From: Trueperaceae bacterium
Lineage (GTDB): Bacteria; Deinococcota; Deinococci; Deinococcales; Trueperaceae
Length of the DNA: 64,000 nt
Assembly (NCBI GenBank): GCA_965213705.1
Contig: OZ243913.1
Coordinates: forward strand, 2,912,001 to 2,976,000
Direction of reading: 5' to 3'
Shown here: in pieces, positions 41,500 through 51,762 of the stretch
Layout of the letters: each line of letters opens with the position of its first letter
How positions within the stretch are numbered: position 1 is the stretch's first letter
Made by a program: the position numbers and the translations under genes
Notes under the pieces: model-generated
Seen by the model: only the letters and a program-made list of their open reading frames with translations
Databases searched by the model: none
Told to the model about the DNA's origin: nothing

Positions 41500-42765
41500 T
41501 TACTGCCAGCGCTCGAGCCCCTCGCCCTTTTCCCCCAAAACATAAGGTCGCAACTCGCCGACGAGGTACAAGCTGCCCGCGACGACGACAATATCTTTTT
41601 GAGAAGTCAGCTCTACGGCACGCTCCAACGCCTGCCGCGGGTTGGGCTCCACGAGTGCGTGGGGGACGGTTTCGGCAAGGTCGTCAGGGTCGGCGGCTCG
41701 AGGGCTCAAACTCGCCTTGGTGAGGATGATGTGCTCAGCGTCCGCGACGAGGGGCGACAGCACGCCCGCCACGTCTTTGTCCCGTCCGACGCCCGCGACG
41801 AGCATGAAATCCGTGATGCCAAATTCGGTCAGCACAGCTCGCAAGGTCTGCGCCGCCGCCGGGTTGTGTGCGCCGTCGAACAGCACGGTACGATTTTGAA
41901 ACGTTAAGCGCTCGAGCCGCCCCGGCCACTTGGCTTCGCGTACACCTTCTCGAATTGCCTGCTCCGAGACGCTCAACGCCTGCGCCGCCGCGACCGCCAG
42001 CGCGACGTTCGCGGCCTGGTGCCGCCCGATGAAAGGCGAATGGACGGCGATTCGACCTTCCGGGCTGTGGACGACAAGCTCGAGCCCGTCCCAGCCCGCC
42101 GCCCCGACCTCGGCTTGAAACTCCGAACCCAGCCTGAAGAGGTGAGCGCCGAGACGCGTCGCCTCAGCCCGAATCACTTCCAACCCCGCGCCCGTCGCCG
42201 CAGTAATCGCAGGTTTGCCAGGGCGCAGGATGCCCGCTTTATCGAGCGCAATCATCTCGACAGTGTCGCCCAACACTTGCGTGTGGTCGAGCGAGACGTT
42301 GGTGAGGAGGCTCAAAACCGGCTCTACCGCGTTCGTCGCGTCGTAGCGCCCGCCGAGACCGACCTCGAGCACCGCCGTCTCGACCCCGGCATCCGTGAAC
42401 AACACGCACGCCAACACCGTGACGATTTCGAAAAAGGTCGCCTCGACAACCTCGGCGTGGGGCTTGAGATTCTGCAGTGCAGTGTTTACAACGTCCGCCG
42501 GTACGGGCTTACCGTCGATTTGAAACCGCTCCGCAAAGTAGGTGAGGTGGGGCGAGGTGAACAGGCCGGTGCGCCGCCCCGCCGCGGTGAGGATGCTCGC
42601 CAGCGTGCTCGCCGTGCTCCCCTTGCCGTTCGTCCCGCCGACGAGGACGGTTTCGAACTCAGCCTCGGGGTTGCCGACACGGTGCAACAACGCCTGAACC
42701 CGCGCCAAGCCCGGTTTAACTCCGAAACGCTGCCGCGCCAACAGCCACTCGAGAGTTTCAAACAC
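41500..42765 (-). CDS. folC: Folylpolyglutamate synthase / dihydrofolate synthase
   Basis: GTNGKGS, FTSPHL, EVGLGGRYDATN, WPGRLE, DGAHN, GSLYLVG. Confidence 0.96.
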   Translation of the reverse strand: MFETLEWLLARQRFGVKPGLARVQALLHRVGNPEAEFETVLVGGTNGKGSTASTLASILTAAGRRTGLFTSPHLTYFAERFQIDGKPVPADVVNTALQNLKPHAEVVEATFFEIVTVLACVLFTDAGVETAVLEVGLGGRYDATNAVEPVLSLLTNVSLDHTQVLGDTVEMIALDKAGILRPGKPAITAATGAGLEVIRAEATRLGAHLFRLGSEFQAEVGAAGWDGLELVVHSPEGRIAVHSPFIGRHQAANVALAVAAAQALSVSEQAIREGVREAKWPGRLERLTFQNRTVLFDGAHNPAAAQTLRAVLTEFGITDFMLVAGVGRDKDVAGVLSPLVADAEHIILTKASLSPRAADPDDLAETVPHALVEPNPRQALERAVELTSQKDIVVVAGSLYLVGELRPYVLGEKGEGLERWQ

Positions 42766-42904
42766 GAAAGACCTTCAAAGAGCGGGAAAACAGAGAAGTG
42801 GAGGAGCCGAAAAGTTGTTCTCCACTGCTCCCTTGCTCCCCTGCTCCAGTTCTCCGCCCAACCGGCAGAAAACACACCCGGCGTACCGATGACTCAGCCA
42901 CGCC

Positions 42905-43399
42905 CTAGAACCTCTCTTCGATGTTTTTTAGAAGCAGCGCTTCCGCGTTGTCGCCCGGTGTGTGGTGGCGTTCGACGATTAGAGCGACGCAGGCGTCGCC
43001 GCCGTTTTTGCGGACAAGGTTCGCGCCGTAAGCCGCGTGGTGCCGCCGCCGCTGCCACGCGCCGCGCAGTCCACCGTAGCGCGGTTCAGCGGGCACGTCG
43101 GGCGTGTACAGGTGAACGGCGGCGCGCTCGACAGCACTGAACCGCGCGCCGCTTTTACCCACGTCGTGGAGCAGCGCCGCCCGGACGAGGCGGGACGAGG
43201 CTTGGGGGTGTTCGTTGAGCAGCGCACTCGCCACCTCGAGCGCGTGGCAGCGGTCGCGGGCGTCCATGTTCAGGTACAGCCTGAGTTCGGCGGGGGGCAA
43301 GTGAGCTTTTGCAAACGCATCGTCCGGGCGGGCAAAACGCGGGAAAAAAGCTAGCAGGGTGCGGCGGGCGATGTTGGTAAGGCGTACCGCGCTCGACAC
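42905..43399 (-). CDS. HD domain protein
   Basis: DRCHAL, ALLHDVGK, HAAYGA, ERHH; start set at GTG 43399 with TAAACT 7 nt upstream. Confidence 0.82.
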   Translation of the reverse strand: MSSAVRLTNIARRTLLAFFPRFARPDDAFAKAHLPPAELRLYLNMDARDRCHALEVASALLNEHPQASSRLVRAALLHDVGKSGARFSAVERAAVHLYTPDVPAEPRYGGLRGAWQRRRHHAAYGANLVRKNGGDACVALIVERHHTPGDNAEALLLKNIEERF

Positions 43400-43564
43400 A
43401 TGTTGCAGTTTAACGCGAACCCTGCCTGGCTCGCACCCGTTCCGCGCACACCACCGGCGGTGTGCGAAGCCGAGCGGTGGGCTCGGTTCTCGGACGCGGC
43501 CGACGAGGCGCGCGGTGTGCCGTTTTTCCAGCACGCTTTTCTCGCCTGCGGTATGCTTCCTCAC

Positions 43565-44110
43565 GTGAACGTTTTAGAAGTTTATAAAGAGGCGGGCGGC
43601 TATCTCGAGGGGCACTTTCTCCTCGCTTCGGGCCGGCACTCGCCCAAGTTCCTGCAGTCGACGACCGTCTTGCAATATCCCGATAAAGCTGAACGTATCG
43701 GCGAGGCTTTAGCTGCAAAGTTCGACACCTCGCCGGACTTCGTCGTAGGCCCGGCAATGGGTGGCGTCGTGCTCGCTTTCGTGGTTGCGAAGGCGCTCTC
43801 TTGCCGCGCGCTGTTTGCCGAGAAAGACGGTGGCGGCATGAAGGTTCGTGAGGCTTTTTCCGTCCAGCCGGGGGAAACGTTCGTCGCGGTCGAAGACGTG
43901 GTGACGACCGGCGGCAGTTTGCAAAAAGCGATTCGGGCGGTGGAGAGTTGTGGCGCGACGCTCGTCGGAACGGCCTGCATCATCGACCGACGGGACGACG
44001 AGGCCCGTGTAGCGGTGCCGATACAGTCTTTGACTCGACTGGAGTTCCCCACCTACAGCCCCGACGCCTGCCCCCTGTGCGACGCAGGCGTGGCCTTGGA
44101 GCACGTGTGA
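43565..44110 (+). CDS. pyrE: Orotate phosphoribosyltransferase
   Basis: GHFLLASGRHS, GPAMGG, VEDVVTTGGS PRPP loop; TATGCT 7 nt upstream of GTG 43565. Confidence 0.95.
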   Translation: MNVLEVYKEAGGYLEGHFLLASGRHSPKFLQSTTVLQYPDKAERIGEALAAKFDTSPDFVVGPAMGGVVLAFVVAKALSCRALFAEKDGGGMKVREAFSVQPGETFVAVEDVVTTGGSLQKAIRAVESCGATLVGTACIIDRRDDEARVAVPIQSLTRLEFPTYSPDACPLCDAGVALEHV

Positions 44111-45213
44111 AGTATCTTTTTTTACTCCTGCTGTTGCTGCCGAACCTGAGCTTGGCGCAGCCTGCCACAAACCCCGAACAAGTTGCCGACGAAGCGGTGC
44201 GGAACTGGCTCGAGACCCTGCGCCCCGACCTGACGGCTTTGCCGAGGTTGTCCACCGAAGAAGCTTGTACGCTGCTGCCCGAACTGTTGCAAAGCCCGCC
44301 GCCTCCCGAGGGCACCGACGTGAACTTCGGCGAGCGGCGCGAACTGGAGACCGACGACGAGGCGCTGAGACGCTACAGCTACCCGGCGGCGCTGCCGGGG
44401 GGACGGCTCGAGCTGGTCGAGGTCATCTTGCAGAGCACGGGGCAAAGCGCCGCGACCCCGAACGAAGGCGCTTGGGAAGTGCAGCGCGTCGGCGTCGAAG
44501 TCGCGTCGGGGGGCGACGGGCGTGCGTGGCTGCAAACGCCCCCTGCGTACTGGTTGTTCGTCGCTTTCAGCTTGTACGTCGTATTTTTGCTGGTGCGCCC
44601 GTCGTTCTTTCGGCGCTGGCTGGCCGAGGGCTGGGGCGTTATCCGCAGCTACCGCCGAACAGTCGTCGGCACGCTCGTCACGTTTTCCGCGCTGTTCGGC
44701 TTAGGCGCGCTGACCGGCGCGAGCTTGCCCGCGGTCTGCGGCGAGGCGATTTTGAGCGTCCTCAACGCGGCCATCACCTCGGTCGGCGCGGTGGACGCCT
44801 ACGGCAGTTTGAACGTGGCGCGGGCCGCCGTGGTCACTTTTTACCAAAACTTCGTGGTGGTGACGCTGTCGCTGCTGTTCGGCTCAGGGCTGCTGTTCGG
44901 CGTGCCCGCCTACCTCGTCGGCGCGTTCGCGTTTTACACGCAGGGCATCCCCTTCGGGCTCGTCGGCAGCCTGGGCGCGGGGCAGTTTTTGTTTCTGGTT
45001 ATCTTGCTCGTGCTCGAGCTGACGAGTTACTTCCTCGTCATCGCCGGGGGCGGCATCTTGCTCGTCAGCGTGATTCGTGAAGGCTTCAGCGGCTTCAGCA
45101 AGGGCGTGAGAAGGCTCGCGCTGATGTTGCCCTTCGCGCTGATTTTGCTGCTCGTCGGCGCTTGGTACGAGTCGAGCCTCATCATCTTGCCGCAACTGTT
45201 CGGCGGGCCGTAA
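44107..45213 (+). CDS. SpoIIM/DUF95-family membrane protein with N-terminal exported domain
   Basis: Signal peptide, TM bundle with FYQN, LELTSY and AWYES motifs. Confidence 0.72.
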   Translation: MKYLFLLLLLLPNLSLAQPATNPEQVADEAVRNWLETLRPDLTALPRLSTEEACTLLPELLQSPPPPEGTDVNFGERRELETDDEALRRYSYPAALPGGRLELVEVILQSTGQSAATPNEGAWEVQRVGVEVASGGDGRAWLQTPPAYWLFVAFSLYVVFLLVRPSFFRRWLAEGWGVIRSYRRTVVGTLVTFSALFGLGALTGASLPAVCGEAILSVLNAAITSVGAVDAYGSLNVARAAVVTFYQNFVVVTLSLLFGSGLLFGVPAYLVGAFAFYTQGIPFGLVGSLGAGQFLFLVILLVLELTSYFLVIAGGGILLVSVIREGFSGFSKGVRRLALMLPFALILLLVGAWYESSLIILPQLFGGP

Positions 45214-45274
45214 AGCAGTCGTCAAGATTCAGTCGGTCGTCAGGAGGTTGCGAACGGGGTGCGGCGCAAGCCGT

Positions 45275-46273
45275 TCAGGGGTGGGCCGAAACGGTTGTCG
45301 GTTGAGGGTCGGCAAGGCCGAGAAAGTCGCGGACTAAGGGCGCGACGTCGAGCAGGCTGCTCGCTTGTGCGAACCCGTCCGCGCCCGGCCCGACGACGAG
45401 GAGCGGCACCGGCGCGACGGTGTGGCTCCGCGTCGTCTTGTTTTCTAAGTTGCCGTGGTCGGAGGTGACAAGAAGGGTCGTGTCGCCCAAAGCGGACACG
45501 ACCCCCTCAAAAAACGCGTCCAGCTTTTCGACGAGCGCCACGGCCTCGGCAAAGCTGCCCCGGTGCCCGGTCGCGTCGGTCGGCCAGAAGTCGAAAAAGG
45601 TGAAGGCGGCTTGGGTAGCTAAGTTCGCAAGCCGCTGTCCACTTTCAAAAGGCGTGAGGAGAGGTAGGTCGGGCTCGAGCCGCTGCAAGTATTCCCCGGT
45701 CAGGTCGACGCTCACCGCGTTTCCGGCGCGGTAGTCGGAAAGCGTCTGCAACGACAGCCCGGCGGCTTTGACGGCGTAGACGGGCACGTTCTCTTTTTGC
45801 CTGCCGGCGGCGACCGCCCCAAAATAGCCCGGTGGGTAGATGTTGGCGAGTTGCGCCCGCCCGCCCGAGTCGCGCACCTCTGAGAACAAAGTTCCCGCCT
45901 CGAGCACAGCTTTCAGCGTCGGCCCCGGCCACGGGCCGTAGTGTCCGTTCATCACCGCGGCCCCGTTTTCGCCCGTCAGCAGCGCGGTTTGCCCCGTGGC
46001 CGACTGCGGCAGGCCCGCGTAACCGAGAGACGCGTCTAAGTGTTTGAAGGTGAGGTCGGCGGTAAGGTGCTCGGGTAACGACGCAGTGAGACTGCCGCCC
46101 AGCAACTCGTTCAAAAACGGCGTCCACGCCGCCGCGAACGGATTCACCGCCGCGTCGTCCACGCCGAGGCCGACGCCGTCGAGAAACACGAACAGGATTT
46201 TGTTTGCGTCGTCGCCCGTAGGGGCGGGTTTTAAACCCGCCCCTACGCCGGCAACTACGTCTTCAGCCGACAC
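45275..46273 (-). CDS. Alkaline-phosphatase-superfamily metalloenzyme (phosphomutase-like)
   Basis: FLDGVGLG, PQSATGQ, TDATGH, TSDHGN, SHT. Confidence 0.85.
   Translation of the reverse strand: MSAEDVVAGVGAGLKPAPTGDDANKILFVFLDGVGLGVDDAAVNPFAAAWTPFLNELLGGSLTASLPEHLTADLTFKHLDASLGYAGLPQSATGQTALLTGENGAAVMNGHYGPWPGPTLKAVLEAGTLFSEVRDSGGRAQLANIYPPGYFGAVAAGRQKENVPVYAVKAAGLSLQTLSDYRAGNAVSVDLTGEYLQRLEPDLPLLTPFESGQRLANLATQAAFTFFDFWPTDATGHRGSFAEAVALVEKLDAFFEGVVSALGDTTLLVTSDHGNLENKTTRSHTVAPVPLLVVGPGADGFAQASSLLDVAPLVRDFLGLADPQPTTVSAHP
46218..46246. repeat. GTAG-type REP palindrome GTAGGGGCGGGTTTTAAACCCGCCCCTAC
   Basis: 29-bp near-perfect inverted repeat bounded by GTAG/CTAC. Confidence 0.85.
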
Positions 46274-47312
46274 CCATCGCCGCTTTCATCTTGGACAGCG
46301 TCGGGGCGGCGATGTTGCGCGCCGCTTCGGCCCCTCGAGCCAGGGTACGCTCCAGCTCCGCCCGGTCGTCCATGATTTCGGCGTAGCGTTTTTGCAAGGG
46401 TTCCAGGGTGTCGTTCACCGCCCCGACGACCTCTTTTTTGAGCGTACCGTAACCCTGACCCTCGAACTTCGCTTCAACGTCCGCTTTGGACGCGCCGGTC
46501 AGCACGTGGTAAAGCGTGAGCAGGTTCAGCACCCCCGCTGAGGCGTGCTCGAAGCGCGTCTCCCGGCCCGAGTCGGTCACGGCGGACATGATGGTTTTTT
46601 TGACCGTCTTGGCGTCGTCGAGCAGGTTGACCGCGTGGCCGCTCGTAGCGCGGGCGACGCTCTTGCTCATCTTGTTCTCGGGCGCGTCGAAACCCATGAT
46701 TCGCGCGCCGACTTTGGGAATCACCGCCTCGGGCAAAGTGAGCGTTTCGCCGAACAGGTTGTTGAAGCGCACCGCGATGTCCCGGGTGAGTTCGATGTGC
46801 TGCTTCTGGTCCTCGCCGACCGGCACGCGGTCGGTGTCGTACAAGAGGATGTCGGCGGCTTGCAGCACGGGGTAGTCGAGCAGTCCGGTCCCGACGCTCT
46901 CGCGCGTCTCGCTCTTTGCCTTGAACTGGGTCATGCGGTAGAGCCAGCCGAGCGGCGTCACGCAGTTCAGCAGCCACGCGCCCTCGGCGTGCTCGTGGAC
47001 GTGCGACTGGACAAAGACGATGTTGTGCTCCGGCTCGAGCCCCGCCGCAAAGTACAGCGCCGCGACCTTGCGCGAGTTTTCGTGCAGCACCTTCGGGTCG
47101 ATTTCCTCGGGCAGCGTCAACACGTGGAGGTCCACCACACAAAACACGTTGTCGGTCTCGTGCTGGTTCTCCGCCCACTGCCGCAGCGCGCCGATGTAGT
47201 TGCCGATGTGGAGGTCGTAAGAAGGCTGGACGCCCGAGAAGACCCTGAGTTTCTTGTCCGTCGGGGGCTGCGTTTTGGGGCTGTTCACGGGGTTCATGAC
47301 TGCGTCACTCAT
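46263..47312 (-). CDS. trpS: Tryptophan--tRNA ligase
   Basis: SGVQP..LHIGNY, YPVLQAADIL, PVGEDQKQH, KMSKS; TATACT 6 nt upstream. Confidence 0.97.
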   Translation of the reverse strand: MSDAVMNPVNSPKTQPPTDKKLRVFSGVQPSYDLHIGNYIGALRQWAENQHETDNVFCVVDLHVLTLPEEIDPKVLHENSRKVAALYFAAGLEPEHNIVFVQSHVHEHAEGAWLLNCVTPLGWLYRMTQFKAKSETRESVGTGLLDYPVLQAADILLYDTDRVPVGEDQKQHIELTRDIAVRFNNLFGETLTLPEAVIPKVGARIMGFDAPENKMSKSVARATSGHAVNLLDDAKTVKKTIMSAVTDSGRETRFEHASAGVLNLLTLYHVLTGASKADVEAKFEGQGYGTLKKEVVGAVNDTLEPLQKRYAEIMDDRAELERTLARGAEAARNIAAPTLSKMKAAMGVG

Positions 47313-47488
47313 AGGGCGAGTATATCGCAGACGCTGGTCTGTTCGGGTCCGGGTTTTGTCACGTCGGCTCTTTCAAGCAAGCGAGACGACTGCAAATCAG
47401 AAGCTGTGCAACCGTTTTGGCACGAGTTTTTCCGACCCCTGCCGTAACAAGCGCGCGTCCTCCCCACCCCTGGGTATACTGGCTCGAG

Positions 47489-48394
47489 ATGACTTTGGAC
47501 GTGGTCGGGCACGAAGGCCCCAAGGAAACGCTGCGCAACTTGCAGGCGCACACCTTGCTGTTCAGCGGTCCCGCGGGCGTCGGACGGCGGCGCGTCGCGC
47601 GCTGGCACGCGGCCCGCCTCAACTGTTCGGTGGGCGGCCCAGAACCCTGCGGGCGCTGCGAAAGTTGCGCGCTGTTCAAAGCCGACGCACATCCGGACTA
47701 CCGTGAGGTCGGCCCGAACACCACGACCAAAACGGGCAAGAGCAGCCGCCGGCCCGAAATCCGCATCGCGCAACTCGTGCCCAGAGAAGACGCGGACGAA
47801 GCCGACCCGCCGCTGAGCCGTTGGTTAGAGGCTAGACCGCAGTTCAAGCGGCGCGTCGGCGTCATCGACCGTGCGGATACCTTAAACGTGAGCGCCGCCA
47901 ACGCTTTTCTAAAAATCCTCGAGGAGCCGCCCGAGAACGCGACCGTCATCTTGATTGCGCCTTCACCCCAGAGCGTGTTGAGCACGGTCGCTTCGCGCAG
48001 CGCGCCGGTGCGTTTCGGCACGGTGGCGTCGGCGAACGGCGACCACCCCGCCGCGCGTTTGGGTCGCCTCGGTGACGTGCGTCGCATGGAAGCCGACCCG
48101 GAGGATTTCGAGGCCACGGACGAAGTTTTGAGAAACTACGTCAACGCCCTGCCCAAAAGCTTGGAAGAGGCTTTTGAAGCCGCCGACGCCGTCGAGAAGC
48201 TGTGGCTGCGCGACACGCGTTTCGACCTGGCCGACTTGCTGTTGGCCCGGTTCAGCGCCTGGCCGCCCGAGCACTACGTGGCGGCAAGTCACGCCTTAGC
48301 CCGGTTTGAAACGGCGCTCGGTGCCTACGCCGCGGCGGGTCTGGCCGCACAAGTGCTGACCCTGGAACTGCGCGCCAGCGTCAAGCGGCGCTGA
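47489..48394 (+). CDS. holB: DNA polymerase III delta-prime subunit
   Basis: LLFSGPAGVG, C..PCGRCESC zinc motif, HPD, AANAFLKILEEPP, TVASR; TATACT 8 nt upstream. Confidence 0.9.
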   Translation: MTLDVVGHEGPKETLRNLQAHTLLFSGPAGVGRRRVARWHAARLNCSVGGPEPCGRCESCALFKADAHPDYREVGPNTTTKTGKSSRRPEIRIAQLVPREDADEADPPLSRWLEARPQFKRRVGVIDRADTLNVSAANAFLKILEEPPENATVILIAPSPQSVLSTVASRSAPVRFGTVASANGDHPAARLGRLGDVRRMEADPEDFEATDEVLRNYVNALPKSLEEAFEAADAVEKLWLRDTRFDLADLLLARFSAWPPEHYVAASHALARFETALGAYAAAGLAAQVLTLELRASVKRR

Positions 48395-48395
48395 G

Positions 48396-49196
48396 CTAGC
48401 CGCGACCGCGGCTGCCTCGTTCGACCTCCTCAACCGGGTACTCGTTCACGCCGCCGCCCTCCAAAGCCAGTTCGACCGTCTGCTTTAAGGGATGCACTTT
48501 GACGACGCGGCCACAACCGTCGCCGCCCGTGTGGCAGGCCCGGCCACCTTTACGCGGCAAGGTCTTGAGCAACTGCTCGTACATTTCGTGCTCGAACTGT
48601 AAACAGCACATCAGGCGGCCACAAGGACCGCTGATTTTGTCCGGGTTGAGGGGCAACTGCTGGTCCCGGGCCATGCGGATGCCGACCGCGTTGAAGCTTT
48701 GCAGCCAGCTCGAGCTGCAGGTGCCGGTGCCGCACGCGCCCAGCGCGCCCAAAATGCGCGACTGGTCACGCGGCCCGACGTTGACGAACTCGACGCGGGC
48801 GGGGGTATGTTTCGTGAGTTCTTGGGCCAGGCCGCGCAGTGCGGGTTGCGCGTCGCTGCTGTAGCTCACGACCAAAAGCTGCTCGTCCAGCGTGAATTCC
48901 AGGTGAACAACCTTGAAACCGCCCTGCTCCCGGGCGCGCGCCTTGAGCAGCCACTTCAACTCTTCGGCGCGCGCCTTGAGGGCGTCGTAGGCGCTCAGGT
49001 CTTCTAGCAGGGCCTCACGTACAAAGTGGCCGCTGGCACGTCCCGCCGCGCGCGGTTCGGTGCGCACCAAACCCAGCTCGAGCCCGCGCTTGGTGCTTAC
49101 CACGACCCGCTGCCCGACCGCGGGAACAGACGCGGGCACCTCGACGTAGTGCAACTTGGGACCGTTTTCAAAGCGCACGCCGATACATTCAAGCAT
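48396..49196 (-). CDS. PSP1-domain protein (RicT/YaaT)
   Basis: IGVRF, GPRD...GALGACG..CSSSW, MARDQQLPLNP.KISGPCGRLMCCLQFE. Confidence 0.92.
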   Translation of the reverse strand: MLECIGVRFENGPKLHYVEVPASVPAVGQRVVVSTKRGLELGLVRTEPRAAGRASGHFVREALLEDLSAYDALKARAEELKWLLKARAREQGGFKVVHLEFTLDEQLLVVSYSSDAQPALRGLAQELTKHTPARVEFVNVGPRDQSRILGALGACGTGTCSSSWLQSFNAVGIRMARDQQLPLNPDKISGPCGRLMCCLQFEHEMYEQLLKTLPRKGGRACHTGGDGCGRVVKVHPLKQTVELALEGGGVNEYPVEEVERGSRGRG

Positions 49197-49294
49197 GGTT
49201 TCTCCTGACAGGGGTTCGCCGAAGACGAGGTTGAAAAACGAGAACGGCCGCGCCGCGGAACCCGGAAATGGTCTGACCTGTAGTCTACCCTTCG

Positions 49295-49945
49295 CTAAGC
49301 CCCTGTAAGTTTCGGCACCGTACGTTGCGTGACCGGTCGAAAGCTGTGGCGGTGCAGCTCGCAGGGACCGTAGCGCGTCAAGGCGTCCAAATGCCGGGCC
49401 GAACCGTAGCCTTTGTGGCGGTCGAAACCGTACCGCGGATAGCGTTGCGCCGCGGCGACCATGAGGGCGTCGCGGTGCGTCTTGGCAACGAGACTGGCGG
49501 CGGCAACCTGCAAACTGTGCGCTTCCCCCTTGGCGACCGCCAGCACGGGACAGAGCGGCTCGAGCGATAGATAGTCCATAACGAGCCCGCCGAGGGGTTC
49601 ACCCAACCTGCGCTGCAGTTCGTCCAGCGCCCGGTACGAGGCCAGGTGGGTGGCCTGTAAGACGTTGACTTCGTCCACCTCCTGGGCACTCGCCAAACCG
49701 ACGGCCCACACAAGAGCGGCCGTTTTGACCTCGGCGGCGAGCACCTCGCGCTGCGCTGGCACAAGGGTTTTGGAGTCTCGAAAAGGGTAGTCGCCGACCG
49801 GCAACAGCACCGCCGCCGCGACGACCGGCCCGGCGAGCGCGCCCCGGCCCGCCTCGTCGAGCCCGGCGACCGGCGTGCAGCCGCGTTGCCACAGGGCCGT
49901 TTCCAAATGCCAACCCGGTACCTGGGGGGGCGTTGCGGTCTTCAT
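49295..49945 (-). CDS. rnhB: Ribonuclease HII
   Basis: [38 protein letters not shown]. Confidence 0.95.
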   Translation of the reverse strand: MKTATPPQVPGWHLETALWQRGCTPVAGLDEAGRGALAGPVVAAAVLLPVGDYPFRDSKTLVPAQREVLAAEVKTAALVWAVGLASAQEVDEVNVLQATHLASYRALDELQRRLGEPLGGLVMDYLSLEPLCPVLAVAKGEAHSLQVAAASLVAKTHRDALMVAAAQRYPRYGFDRHKGYGSARHLDALTRYGPCELHRHSFRPVTQRTVPKLTGA

Positions 49946-50100
49946 TCGTCAAACCATGCCAGCGCGTCCAGGACTTTCTCCGGCAAAGCGAGCGTAACGG
50001 GAAAAACCCACGACATCAACCTAAGCTCGTTTCGCTCGTCGCTTCTCACCGAGTATCGTTTCTTTGACTTTTTGCGAAAGTAGCGCCTGAGCGACCACAT
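49942..50100 (-). CDS. Putative 52-aa small protein, absent from the ORF track
   Basis: [52 protein letters not shown]; its stop overlaps the rnhB start (ATGA). Confidence 0.4.
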   Translation of the reverse strand: MWSLRRYFRKKSKKRYSVRSDERNELRLMSWVFPVTLALPEKVLDALAWFDE

Positions 50101-50177
50101 GACCGGTAACCACCGCTCTTCAATTGGACTTAGTCAAGAGGTCTGTTGAACACGGTTGACCGGGTAACGGGCGCTTT

Positions 50178-51344
50178 TCAGTCACTCAGCGCAAGCTGCT
50201 CGAACTGAGCCGTGTCCACGATGTCGACGGGCAGGGTAAAGAAGAAAGTGCTGCCCCGCCCCACCTTCGACTCGACCCAGATTTTGCCGCCGTGCTTTTC
50301 GACGGCGAGTTTGCAAAAGGTGAGGCCCATGCCGGTATCGTAGCGGTCGTGAACCGTGTGCCGCGACTGCTCGAAAGCGTTGAAGATGCGTTTTTGGTCT
50401 TGTTCCGGAATGCCCTCGCCGTCGTCGCGCACGCTCAGCACGTAGGCGTCCTCTTCGCGCCAAGCGCGAAAGTCGACAAAGCCGCCGCGCCGCGTGTGTT
50501 TGATGGCGTTGGCGAGCAAGTTGGTGAGGATTCGGCGCAGCAGCTCCGGGTCGGCGTTGAGGCTTTCCGCCTCGGGCCGTACCAAAAATCCGAAGGTGCG
50601 TTCGCGCGGCGAGCCGCTGGCGTCTTGCAGGGCTTGCTTGGCGAGTTCGGTCAGGTTCCCGACGGCCCGAGGGCTGTAGGGCATGTGGCCCTCTTTCATC
50701 CGGCGCACGTCCAAAATATTCGCGGCCAAGTTGAGCAGGTGCTGCGACTCGGCCCGGGCCAAACTTAACAGCTCGAGCGTCGACTCGTCGCTTTCGGACG
50801 TTTTCAGCACGTCGAGGCTGTGGTCGAGCAGCCCCATCACGCTGGCAATCGGACTTTTGAGGTCGTGAACGAGCATGTGGGTGAGGTCGTCTTTGACGCG
50901 CTCGGCCTCTTTGTAGGCTTGTTCGACCTGCCGGAGCTGGTTCAGGGTCTCGCGCAACGCGACCTCGGCTTGGCGGCGCTCGAGCAACCGGTCTAAGTTC
51001 GCCTTGACCACCGTCGGCTGGGTCGGCAAGTTGAGGTAAACGTCTGCGCCCGAAGCGAGCGCGGCGGTGTGCAACTCGGGCTGGTTCGGACCCAGGCAAA
51101 TAAGGGGCATGTTGGCGAGCGGTTTGCGGCGGCGCAGCAGCGCGATTAAGTCGAGTTGCGGGACCTTGGCGACGAGCGCGCGCTCTAAAATGAGCGCCGC
51201 GGGCACCGAGCCGCGCGTGTGATAAAGCAACGCTTCGACGTCGCTCAGCACCATGCTTTCGAAACCCGTACCGACCACCACGCCGGACAAAGCCTGACCC
51301 CGGTCTTCCGAAGCTGCCGCAATAAGTACAAAGGGGGACGCCAT
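50178..51344 (-). CDS. Cytoplasmic histidine kinase with N-terminal degenerate receiver domain
   Basis: VHDLKSP H-box, NLLANAIKH, DDGEGI, IFNAF, GMGL G boxes; start set at ATG 51344. Confidence 0.92.
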   Translation of the reverse strand: MASPFVLIAAASEDRGQALSGVVVGTGFESMVLSDVEALLYHTRGSVPAALILERALVAKVPQLDLIALLRRRKPLANMPLICLGPNQPELHTAALASGADVYLNLPTQPTVVKANLDRLLERRQAEVALRETLNQLRQVEQAYKEAERVKDDLTHMLVHDLKSPIASVMGLLDHSLDVLKTSESDESTLELLSLARAESQHLLNLAANILDVRRMKEGHMPYSPRAVGNLTELAKQALQDASGSPRERTFGFLVRPEAESLNADPELLRRILTNLLANAIKHTRRGGFVDFRAWREEDAYVLSVRDDGEGIPEQDQKRIFNAFEQSRHTVHDRYDTGMGLTFCKLAVEKHGGKIWVESKVGRGSTFFFTLPVDIVDTAQFEQLALSD

Positions 51345-51598
51345 GCTTGAAACGACTATAACAGGCCCTGCAAAAACGCGACGTGGAAGATTTTGCTTCT
51401 CGAGCTGCCTACCGCCCTGGTAAGAATACCGCTTACCGTTCGGACACCCGTTGGCCTGGACCGGGTCCTCGGTGCCGAACGCCAGTGCTGCACACGAGCT
51501 TCCGCGTCCTGACACCTAGGACCTTTGGCCGACGAGCCTTTTTGCCAAGCTGAGTGTTAAACCCTCCGCGGTACTGCGCCCTCGAGGCCGTATATCCT

Positions 51599-51646
51599 TT
51601 TGTGAGCGTCCGACTTTGTGAGCGTCCGACTTTGTGAGCGTCCGAC
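51599..51646. repeat. Three perfect tandem copies of TTTGTGAGCGTCCGAC (16 bp)
   Basis: Copies at 51599, 51615 and 51631. Confidence 0.92.
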
Positions 51647-51762
51647 GTCTATGACTTGTGCGGCAAAAGTCTGTGCGGTGAAAGTCCGCGTCGCGAATCA
51701 ACCGCCTTATACGACGTTGTGCGCGGTGGGTCGTCCCGTGACTGCTGACAACCCGACTTCGG

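Noticed and set aside
44107..49196. Sporulation capacity implied by SpoIIM-like and PSP1/YaaT-like genes
   Set aside because: Both families are widespread in non-sporulating bacteria; no other sporulation genes are present
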